From Octopus sinensis (taxonomy: Eukaryota): a DNA stretch of 60,929 nucleotides. The notes under the pieces were generated by a model. That model did no database searches. It was given only the letters and a program-made list of their open reading frames with translations, and was not told the DNA's origin. Below, piece by piece: positions 48,901 to 60,929 of this stretch. Location: the NCBI RefSeq assembly GCF_006345805.1, contig NW_021832414.1:1-60929 (forward strand), written 5' to 3'. Position 1 is the stretch's first letter, and each line of letters begins with the position of its first letter. The translations under genes and the position numbers were made by a program.

Positions 48901-50102
48901 ATCACCAATATTCCTTCTTAATGAGATATAAACAGTAGAATTACTTAACTAGGAATAAAACAAGTATTCCTTAACATGATATAACCTTCGACAAGGTTCC
49001 ATGCTCCAAGTGAGAATCAGCAATGAGTTATCTACTTAGAAGTAACAAGTAAATACATTCGGTATAATCATAAAACTTGGGGTAAAACAGAGTCAACAGA
49101 ATGTATATTGGGAAGTATCTGTAAGCACATGCTGTCAGAGAGTGTTTTGACTGAAATCTACCACTCCATGTAATAATATTTCCAATAAGTGAAAAGCTTA
49201 TCAAGAAGAATATAAGTCAGAGTTGATAACTTCACTGGTGCAAATAAGCACAACTGAGTTGCTCCTAAAAGTGCCAATGGTGGTGTAGCTCTCCAGAAGC
49301 TGTACTAAAGATCAATAAAGATGGAGAGAGACTCAAGTTTCTGGGGCTAATGGCTTAATTGGGTAGGTTAAAAGTGGGGAGAGTATATTGATAGTTGGGA
49401 AGGGTCAACTGGTTGTCCTTTTTTCAAAATACACTGTTATGTTTTTCTAGAAAATGGCATAAATCTTTGTAGAAAGAAAAAGACTGAAATCTTGAGAATG
49501 TATGGGTATAAGCTTGAAGTATACAATTTGAGGATAACAGAAGGGACACTACCTGAACAAATTGCTTTTAACATTATCCCCAATGAGGGAAAGTTCCTAA
49601 AAGTTATCTTTTAACTGTTTAACAATTTATATGATGCATGTTATCATATAATATAAAAATATTTAAAAGCAGTAAGGTGACACGCATAAATTTATGTGGA
49701 TACTTTTCTGATGAAATTTTTACCAAAGATAAAATAGGTGATTTAGAAAATCAAGTGTTACAATAATTATAGCTGGGTATTTATTACTTGAATGTTCAAT
49801 GAATCAAAATATATAGCCTACAAGTCATAGGTGCAAAGCAAGACCTTTCTCTGTTTTCCTTTTCATAGACCAACCTTCTACTATGTTTCTCCTTGTTTGT
49901 TTATTCACCAACTTTATGATCTTCCAATATCTTAGATTTTGCATCAAAATTGGAAAAAATTCAAACAATTATCACAATATTATGTAACAGCAATATAAAT
50001 CCACCATGTAATTTTATTTTGCATCAAGTTTCTATGAATTTTCATGATTTCTTCATGCAGATAACCAATAATGCCTCAGTAATTAATAAATATGATAATG
50101 TT

Positions 50103-51730
<1,628 letters not shown>

Positions 51731-51830
51731 AATTTCAAATCTTCACTCAGCAGACAGATATTTTTTCTAAATATTTTCAATAAGGCCTATATTTTCTTCA
51801 AATAGGTTCTTTGTCAAAATCTGAAGATAT

Positions 51831-51850
51831 CTAAAACATAAAGGAGCAAT
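51831..51850 (-). promoter_or_regulatory. Candidate splice acceptor ~100 nt upstream of the ZNF ATG
   Basis: Minus strand ttgctcctttatgttttag|atatc; would imply an upstream non-coding exon. Confidence 0.45.
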
Positions 51851-53354
51851 TTTAAAATGGAATCTTTTCTCATACTCTAAGTACTGAAATATTTCTTGCA
51901 ATTTGCAAGAAATATTTCATGATGATGGGACTGGAGTTATGTATTAAAAGTCTTCTCATCACACTACCATTGGATACACTGAAATATAAAAAGAAAGTAC
52001 GCAGTGGTACATAGTGATGGATCTTTGACATTGAGAAAATGATCAGATAGACATAGGAAATATAGATGCAGAGGAAAGACAATGGAATGGTTATACGGTT
52101 GAAATGGATGATGCAATGTTTATCTTGAAGATGACTTTCACTGAATAAACCAGTAACCAATAGCATTTCGACTGTGACCATCACATTCTTTTGTATACAC
52201 TGTAAATGTGTTCTTCAGATTCTAAATCATTAATAAAACACTACTATCAATTATTATTACCAAATAATTTTCACAAGATTAGGATTTTATTTTGATTGAA
52301 TTGAGAAATTAGACTACAACCTCATAATTACAAAAATTAATTTGTTTTATATAGAGCTGTGTAAATGATGCAACAGCCAATAATATTTGTGTATGACCAA
52401 AAGAAATGTTTGTTATGAGATATCAGTACACTGCAATCACTACCACCCACAAATAAATGTTTGTATCCACCAAAGACAACAAGAGCAATACAAAGTATGT
52501 TTGATAGTGAATTCGTCACAATCAAACTTTATAATTTAGAGATTTAGAGAGATTTCAAAACTAACAATATGAATATTCATTCTTTGTGAATTAAATTTAA
52601 ATTCTTTCTTAAAACTTCTTACATCCAAAGATGGTGGAGCAGTGTTTGTGGTATTCTAGCTTCTCTTGTATCTATTTTTAGACAAGCATAAAATGAAGCA
52701 ATTTTTGTTTTAGCTTTCCTGAACACAAACCAAGCTTCAAGTTGTGTTTACTGGTAGAACACATATTTGACCTGTTTTAATTAATGTTCACATATTGAAT
52801 TTCTATGTTTAACACTTCCTATTTTTTAAGGGTTAAAGTCAAGGGTAACTTAATGATAAATATAAGTAATAACATATCTTTTCATGAGCACATGGCCAAG
52901 ATGGCTGTTGGGACAAATCCTGATGTTGTTTAGTATGAGAGAGTCGGAAATTCTGCTACCCCACCTCCTATCAAACATGAAGAAAATGACATCAATGCAA
53001 AAGTTAAGCTTACTAGTAGTGCTACAGGCACCAAGACTCTACTTTCTAGAGCAAAGACAAGAAAATATAAAGTGGTATTAAAAGCTACAGCAATCCAATC
53101 CTTGAAATGGTTGCCACTGCATAATACCAAAAGTCCCATCCTACCATACAAAGTCAGAACCAGATACTGTAAAAACCCTGGGTTTGAAGACCTGCAACTT
53201 TGTTAAGAAAGGAAGAGAGAGACAGAGAGTGGCGAGAGAGAGAGAGAGAGAGAGAGATTTACATGGAGTGGCTATCTGAGATCCTAGAAGTAAAGTTACA
53301 GGAAGAAATATTTATAAGAACAGTAGGAATAGGTAAGAGTTGTCCAGCAGGGCC

Positions 53355-54525
53355 ACAGTACCTTTCAAACGGTATAGACTACGATTGCAAAGAAATTAGT
53401 GGTGAAAATTTTTCTGAGGAGTGGGGGAAGAGTTTCAGATCAAGAAATCCATATAAGTTGGAATTTCTCCGTTTTGATAAGGAATTTTTTTCCATCAGTC
53501 TCCGAAATGATGGGAGAGGGGTAACTTTTTATGAAAAATAAAAAAAAAATTTGTTTTCACGGACCGATTTTGGACAATTTGTTTTGATATTTAAAAACCA
53601 TTGGGAGGAGCCTTTTCAGTAAAAAAAAAAAAAAAAAAAAAAACTAATGATAATTATAAATATTTTTGGAGGAAAAGGTGTGCAATTCAAGGAAGATTGG
53701 CTGTTGTTTCTAGCACATCCCAAGACAACCCTCCGTTTTCAATTTCACATGTATTGATGTTTTTGCAATATTTTTCACCCATTAAACACATTTCATGGAA
53801 TGTTGATGCCTAAGTAATACACATGTGGTCCATTGGTGGGATATAAGCAACAAAAAAAATGGTAATTTAAATTTTTACCTCACCTCAATTGAGTGAAGGC
53901 GTGTGTGTGTGTGTAAGAAAAACCATTTTCTAACAGAAAAGTATGCTATTAAAATGAATTAGCTTTTACATCTCTCTTTTTTTTTAATCACTAGAAATGC
54001 CAACAATGACCTCAGGCTCTCCAAGATTTTAAATTATAAACAGAAACAATTGGCCGCAGGAAGTAGGGGTTGACAAAAAATGCATACATTTTCAAATTTT
54101 TCTTTTTATAGAATGTGTTCATGGGGAGAAAAATATTAAAAAACAATCCATGCGAGAGTGAGAAAGAAACGAGGGTGGTCTTGGGATATGCTAGAAACAA
54201 CAGCCAAATCTTCCTTAAATCTCACCTTTTCCTCTGAAAATATTATTTTTTTTAGCCAATAATGCTCATCCCATGATTTTTAAGGGCAACAAGAATTTGC
54301 CAAAATCGGTCCGGAGTTGGATGATGAGGTAGCGGGGGGGGGGGATAAAAAAATTTCACCATTTTTCATACAAAAGACGTCCCCATCCCCACGCTATTAT
54401 TTCGATGGCTGTGGTGAATAAAAAAAATGGGAAAAAACGAAACTCCTCTCTTCAACCCCTCGGATAAAATTTTCCCCACAAATGCCTCTATAATTGTAAT
54501 CTATGCTGTTTGAAAAGTATTTGTA
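53355..54525. repeat. Diverged inverted repeat (arms ~53355-53580 / ~54290-54525), probably an old MITE-like element
   Basis: acctttcaaacggtatagactacgattg…gaaaatttttctgaggag versus the reverse complement of cctcggataaaatttt…aatctatgctgtttgaaaagt. Confidence 0.55.
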
Positions 54526-55139
54526 TAAACTTTCATTAAAAGATACCCTTTTCCTGAAAGTTGTGAGGGAAAAAAGTTGGATCGTGTAAATTTTCCGAAA
54601 CTTTTTTCCCCAACCCTTCGAGAAAATTCTTTGCAACAAATCTCTAAATACTCTGAATCTACAGCATCTAAAGGGTATTTGTTGAAATAAACTACGTTAA
54701 ACAAACGAATTACAAATTTATCAAGAAAGCCAAGTGAAAATAATGTTTTCTTTTGACACATTCTACCAGTTTACGAAGTTTTTAAGTGTTTAGTTCACTA
54801 GAAATTGTGTTGAAATCTGGCCTTCAAAAGGAAAAGATCTCTCCTTGAAAAATGCATTTTTTTTAAATACATTTTTCGGATTCCTACGATTTAGATGTAG
54901 ATTACAAATATGTAAGAAAAAAAATTATAACACTAATTATTAAGCATTAATGGTGGCATTCTTTCGATATAACTCCACAAAATCAAAACATTTCACTTCG
55001 GGTATTTCCGAATATAATAGATATAACGAAATGTCTCATTTTAAACTTGAAAAAAAAGCCTTGCATATTTGTTTCATGTGTTTTACATAGGTAAAACCCG
55101 CAAATTTCCAAACAGAAAACAGGGTACTTGTCTATTGTC

Positions 55140-55260
55140 GTGGTCCCGGTTTCGCACACGCGAATTCGCGCGCGCGCGCGCCAGACGTAGGTACTCTATA
55201 CTCGAGATCCTACGAGGTGACTTGCGCATGCGCAGTGCAGAATTCGCGCATGCGCGTTAA
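55140..55260. promoter_or_regulatory. CpG-rich promoter-like patch with two NRF1-type GCGCATGCGC palindromes (55223-55234, 55245-55256) and a (CG)n run; mirrored at 56727-56845
   Basis: Exact TGCGCATGCGCA and CGCGCATGCGCG in otherwise CpG-poor, AT-rich DNA, ~3.4 kb upstream of the ZNF ATG. Confidence 0.5.
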
Positions 55261-55929
55261 CCTCCCCCCCCTAAAAAAAAGGTGTTGGATTTCACTAAAA
55301 ATATGTGTGTGTGTGTGTGTATATATAACATTTTCAATTTTACACAAAAAAATTACATAGTCGCTTTCCTCGCGGATTTACAGATAAATGAATTAATTAC
55401 TATTTTACAGAATAAAATTAATGAATTAATTATATAAATTAAATAATTATTGAAAATTAATTAATATTAATAATATTTTTTGAACAAAGTAAATAATTTA
55501 TAAAACTTGGTTAATAATTTTTTTTACACAAACGCGAACGTATATAATTTGTGAAACTTTTTTTTTTTTTACAGAAAAAAAAATTAGAACCTCACACCAC
55601 CACCACCGCCGCGTAATTCAAAGTTGTTCATTTTGATATGTCTCAAGAGACATGATGGACTTTTAAATGGAGATTGAGAAAAATTGTTTCAATTAGAAAA
55701 GCAACATTTCTAGAAAATAGTAAATTGAAGTGTGAACACAGCACCTTACAGAGTATAAGTATATGACATTTATTTTTAAAATTTAACTTCATTTGTTTTA
55801 TATTCTAAATAATTTGCAATTTCAAAAAATATATTAATTTTGCGTTTTTTAATTTGATAAATTCTACGGAATAATTTTGCGCGTCTTTTGATAAATTCTA
55901 CGGAAAGAATTTAGTGCGAAAAATGTATA

Positions 55930-56358
55930 CATTTATACACAAAGACCTGTTGAGGCAAGCGAAGTTGATATCGAACCTCATCCCACGACAGGCACCCATG
56001 CCAACCCCCTTGCTTGCGAAGACATGTTGGGGCAAGTGTGACACCCGGCAAATGCCAGGACCCCTGGACTGGTGGTACGTAAAAAGCACTATCCGAATCG
56101 TGGCCGATGCCAGAGCCGCCTCGACTGGCACCAATCCGACCGTGGCCGTTGCCAGCCTCGCCTGGCACCTGTGCGGGTGGCATGTAAAAAGCACCCACTA
56201 CACTCTCGGAGTGGTTGGCGTTAGGAAGGGCATCCAGCTGTAGAAACATTGCCAGATAAGACTGGAGTCTGGTGCAGCCTTCTGGCTTCCCAGATCCCCG
56301 GTCGAACCGTCCAACCCATGCTGGCATGGAGAACGGACGTTAAACGATGATGATGATG
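55930..56358 (+). mobile_element. RTE LINE 3' end in the spacer of the large inverted repeat
   Basis: Standard tail ending ggacgttaaacgatgatgatgatg. Confidence 0.85.
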
Positions 56359-58539
56359 AGAAGAAATTAATTCATTAAGTTTACCAAATTATATACGTCT
56401 GTAAAAAAAAAAAAGTTTCACAAATTATATACGTTCGCGTTTGTGTAAAAAAAATTATTAACCAAGTTTTATAAATTATTTACTTTGTTCAAAAAATATT
56501 ATTAATATTAATTAATTTTCAATAATTATTTAATTTATATAATTAATTCATTAATTTTATTCTGTAAAATAGTAATTAATTCATTTATCTGTAAATCCGC
56601 GAGGAAAGCGACTATGTAATTTTTTTGTGTAAAATTGAAAATGTTATATATACACACACACACACACACACACATATATATTTTTAGTGAAATCCAACAC
56701 CTTTTTTTTTAGGGGGGGGAGGTTAACGCGCATGCGCGAATTCTGCACTGCGCATGCGCAAGTCACCTCGTAGGATCTCGAGTATCGAGTACCTACGTCT
56801 GGCGCGCGCGCGCGCGAATTCGCGTGTGCGAAACCGGGACCACGACAATAGACAAGTACCGAAAACAGAATCGAACTCTTCCACGAAAATACCCGAAATG
56901 TTTTGATTTTGTCGAGCTATATCGAAAGAATGCTTTAATGGTAGTTTCTCATAAAATGGTGTATATTTAATTTACATTATTATTTACGATTACTGAAGGC
57001 AAATACTTTTCACTTTAATGTTTTTGTATTTAATTTCGATTTGCATAAGTTCGTCAATTCTCTACGATTTATTTAAAGTAAAGAAAATCAAAACTTTTAA
57101 TGGGGACGGTTGAAATTAATTTAAAATTCTGCCGGTCAAAGTGAAAAGATCCTTATTTTTATTTTATTTCTTTTTGCATATTCATGATCTCCGACGTCTA
57201 AAACGTAGAAATCCGAAAAAAATTTGGATGTTATGAAGCAACAAAGTCATTGTGTGTGTTATGCCGGATTATATACAAAAAGTAAGGAGCAGACAGAAAC
57301 GTTAAAACAAATAAAATACATATTTTAAATCAAAACATACAAATTGACATGTTCGATTTATCTTTATCGTATTATACCCAACCATAAATATTTAAAATAT
57401 TTACAATATTCACGATATTTCGCATTCATTTTTCGTAATTGTTCAGTTTTTATATAAAGATAGGAGGAAAAATTTTTTTTAAATATATATTGTTAAAAGA
57501 GAGTGGGATTATAGGGAGATTTGGTTGCAATTTGTAGCAGTTCGAACGAATATTGTTATAATAATATAAAACAAATGTAATACATTTTGGGTTTTGAAGA
57601 ACTGTAGGTGTCTAAATAAATATATTATCACAGAGCCTCTAAACAAACTGATAATAATTATAGAGTGAAAGTGGCACGTTATACTCAAAGATCGCCCACA
57701 TTAAACACTTTTGCAAAATTATTTACTTCTTGTAGATATGTATCGAAAGTGTCTCTTTTATGGATTTCTATATTGCTAATCTCAGAGGCCGGGAGTACGA
57801 TCTACGATCACGGTCTAATTCGGAAGATAGAGAGAAGAGTAAAATAACGAAAACGGCTGGCGGAAATGATAAAGAAGTGAATGTAAGATGCTAGGAACAG
57901 GAAGAGGATGCATGGGCGGTTGGAGTGAATAATACATGGAAAGAGTAAGACGTGCGTTATTTGGAAGGTCTGAGAGTGAAGTGATGAAGAATATTCCCTA
58001 CGATTCTGTTAGCTATTGGCTCACACTTGCAAGAAAGCTAGAAATTAAAAGGAAGTGATACGGAGAAAAGTACAGTTCAAAAGTGGCCAAATTATATGAA
58101 TTACAGACACCTCGTTGGAAAATGAGCCAAAAAACTCCGAGAAGAGATAAATACTGGGAAGAGTTGAAGTGGCAATACGTGAGTTTCAGGACGTCAAAAA
58201 TGTGACTGTGAATATCTAATAGGACTTCGTGTAAGTGGCCATTCTTCTAAGGCTATCAGTTTCACCTGTCTAAAGGGCAGTAAAACTGCATGCAGTGAGA
58301 AATGGGGGTTCATGAAGTTTTTGTGGTGGTGGAAACAATAGCAAAGTATTAAAATCAGGTTGATGAAATCAATATCACCCACCTCTTAATGTACAAGCAC
58401 ATTCAAAACAAAAGGGGTGAGGAGAAGGGTGAAGAAATATAGTAGAGAGTGAAAGAAAGATGGAACAGCGAAGAAGGAATGGGAGAAAAAGAAATATAGA
58501 AGGATATATTGTGATAAAAAATGTCTACTCTTCTATACC

Positions 58540-59000
58540 AGTGTGGAAGATATCATCCATATCATCAGCAGCTGCCACAAAATGTGTACAATCTACCCCA
58601 GTGGATTAGAAAGACTATTTACAATGCTATCTATGGGAAGTGACATATATGTGAAAGGTATATGAGAACCAGCAGGTATTCACACCAGTAAATGATGTTA
58701 TGTAGCTTTAGCATATTTGCAGCCCGTTGCCCTTTTCAATGATCCTGGTTGTCAGTGTAATATCATTCATGAAATGCTTTATTGGATATTCTTGGCTGTT
58801 CCATTGATGGTCCTTCGACATTTTTATATTCCATGTATTGGAGGAGAAGCAGGCATCATGCCAACAAAATGCAATGCATGGGTACATATCCCATAAGCTA
58901 AAGGGCATCAACACCATTGACAGGAACAGTAGCTTCTCCTGGATCTGCAATAGATACATTACATCCCACCTAGAATGATATGCCTTTGCTATCCAGGAAT
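58540..59000 (+). mobile_element. Possible scrambled remnant of an R4/Dong-like non-LTR retrotransposon
   Basis: Fragments VEDIIHIISSCHKM and AMHGY…IDRNSSFSW…ITSHLE*YAFAIQE resemble the RLE-LINE C-terminal region but occur in reversed order. Confidence 0.4.
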
Positions 59001-59007
59001 AATACTC

Positions 59008-59335
59008 GAAAGGAACTCAACCACTTAACACCATGAGGCCCAGTGCTTGAAAGGAACTTGGCCATTTACCTCCATGAGGCCCAGGCCCAACGCTCAAAAG
59101 GAACTAAGCCACTTAACTCCATGAGACCCAACGCACGAAAGGAACTCAGCTACTTGCCTCCATGAGACCCAATGCAATAAAGGAACTCAGCCACTTGCCT
59201 TCATGAGACAGAATGCTGGAAAGGAACTCAGCTACTTGCTACCCAACATTCAAAAGGAAATCAGCCACTTCACTCAACGAAGCCCAACACTCGAAAGGAA
59301 CTCAGCCTCTTTGCCTCTGTGAGGCCCAGTATTCA
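59008..59335. repeat. Minisatellite, eight ~34-48-bp units (mostly ~41 bp)
   Basis: aaaggaactcagc.acttgcct.catgag.ccca units near 59009, 59049, 59097, 59137, 59179, 59219, 59253 and 59294. Confidence 0.9.
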
Positions 59336-59344
59336 AGGTTGATT

Positions 59345-60929
59345 TTCTTATGTGGCACCAGCACGGGTATGCTTAGTTTGATGAGTCCTCTTAAGCAGAG
59401 CACATTGTCAAAGGTCTCGGTCACTAATCATTGCCTCTCTGAGGTTCAAGGTTCAAAGATCATGCTTCACCACCTCTTCCCATGTCTTTCTGGGTCTACC
59501 TCTACCACAGGTTCTCTCCACAGTTAAAGATCAGTACTTCTTTACACAGCTGTCCTCGTCCATACATATCACATGACCATGCCAATGCAGTCACCTCTCT
59601 TGTTCCTGTTATGCCTAACTTTTTTCTCAAGATGTTTACACTCTGCCGAACATGTACACTGGCATTGCACGTCCAGCAAAGCATACTTTCAAAATGCATA
59701 CAGGCATCAAACAATCTACCTTTTACTCTGAGAGAGAGGCCTTTTGTTGCCAGCAGGGTTAAGAGCTCTCTGAACTTTGCCCAACCTAATATTGTTCTCA
59801 AAGCTATGCACTTGGAATATCCACCTCCACTACTAACCTGGTTGCCTAGAGACTGGAAGCTATCTCCTACCTCTAGCTTGCCCCACTGGCAGTTGATGGA
59901 GTCTCTTTTCCACACATGTTCAGCACTTATTATACCTAACCCTAACCTCCCACATACAAAGGATAGTTTCTCTGTTCACTTTCCTTTGATGTTTCTACAC
60001 CTTTTGTATGTCCAAAGCTTACACTAGGTGCATTTTATGGAATTTCGACCTACACCTTTCTACAGATTGAGCAGGGCTATCTACATGAGCAGATTTGCAA
60101 TTTGTCTGCCTTCCTACTTACTATGCCTTTGGTTTTTGCTTGGTTAACTCTAAGGCCCTTTGATTCTAGACCTTGTTTCCATACCTGGAAATTCTTCTCA
60201 AGTTCAGTTAGTGATTCAGCTATAAGAGCAAAGTCATTGCCAAGAGGACTATGATGAACAAGAGGGGGCTGAGCACCAATCCTTGGTGAACTCCTAATTG
60301 TACCCTGACTACTTCACTGTACTCATTGCTCACCCTACTGATAGCGTTCCTGTACATGGCTTGTACAGCTCTCATCAACCACTCGTCTATCCCTAGTTTC
60401 CACCAGATAAGGGATTGGGGGACTCTGTCAAAAGCTTTCTCCAAGTCAACAAAAGCCAAGTACAAAGGTTTATGTTTGGCTAGGTATTTCTCCTGCAGTT
60501 GCCTTACCAGAAATATAGCATCAGTGGTGCTTCTACCTGGCACAAACCCAAACTGCATCTCATCTAGACTAACTCTCTCCCTGATTAGTTGGGCTATGAC
60601 TCTGTAATTTTCATCATCTGATCCAGCAATTTGATACCTCTGTAATTATTTCTATCTAAGGCATCAGCTTTACCTATGAAGCAGTTGACTATGGTGCTGC
60701 TGCTACAACAGTCATTGGGTATGACTCCTTCATGAACCACTTGATTTACAAAACATGTGACTAGACCATAAACCACACCGACAGATATTTTAAGCATCTC
60801 AGAGGTGATTCCTGATGGGCCAGGGGTTTTTCTGTCTTCATATCCTTAATTGCTTTATCTATCAGGGTACTGTGAATTTGAATAGCAGACTCTCCTCCTC
60901 CCATTCATTCTCCACATTCAGCAGTCTTT
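59345..60929 (-). mobile_element. Decayed RTE LINE RT region, running off the window end
   Basis: NYRGIKLLDQ, QFGFVPGRSTTDAIFLVRQLQEKY and LSLRVKGRLFDAC, with frameshifts. Confidence 0.9.

Larger units (their letters stand above)
55123..56860. repeat. Large inverted repeat, ~455-bp near-identical arms (55123-55575 / 56398-56860); diverged inverted homology continues outward (~54860-55010 vs ~56885-57230)
   Basis: ggtacttgtctattgtcg… / …cgacaatagacaagtacc; few differences, mostly homopolymer or microsatellite length. Confidence 0.95.

Noticed and set aside
59008-59335. CRISPR-like periodic repeat
   Set aside because: Whole units are homologous with no unique spacers, there are no cas genes, and the context is eukaryotic. 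It is a minisatellite.

Overview
Eukaryotic, AT-rich, (TA)n/(CA)n-microsatellite-rich window made almost entirely of transposon material. It holds RTE- and CR1-type LINEs, tRNA-derived SINEs, Tc1/mariner elements and MITEs, and Helitron, Gypsy-integrase and GIY-YIG remnants. The only host-type gene is a frameshifted Kruppel-type C2H2 zinc-finger array (minus strand, about 50.1-51.7 kb). The repeat families and the ZNF array are consistent with an octopod (Octopus-like) genome; that assignment is inference. No rRNA, real tRNA genes or CRISPR were found. The most notable observation is a family of ORF-less, Penelope-like elements at 9.3-15.5 kb. It carries three type-I hammerhead ribozyme motifs with palindromic AGCU loop III, GUA cleavage triplet and an unusually long (~90 nt) helix II insert, each lying inside an inverted repeat and next to (TA)n. 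A second, degenerate minimal hammerhead-like motif occurs near 740 and 1401. The window also has many local fold-back inverted duplications of unrelated sequence. One shows iterative snap-back synthesis (47.1-47.45 kb) and another duplicates a CpG-rich region with paired NRF1-type motifs upstream of the ZNF array (55.1-56.9 kb). Boundaries of decayed elements are approximate, and all structure calls were made by eye.
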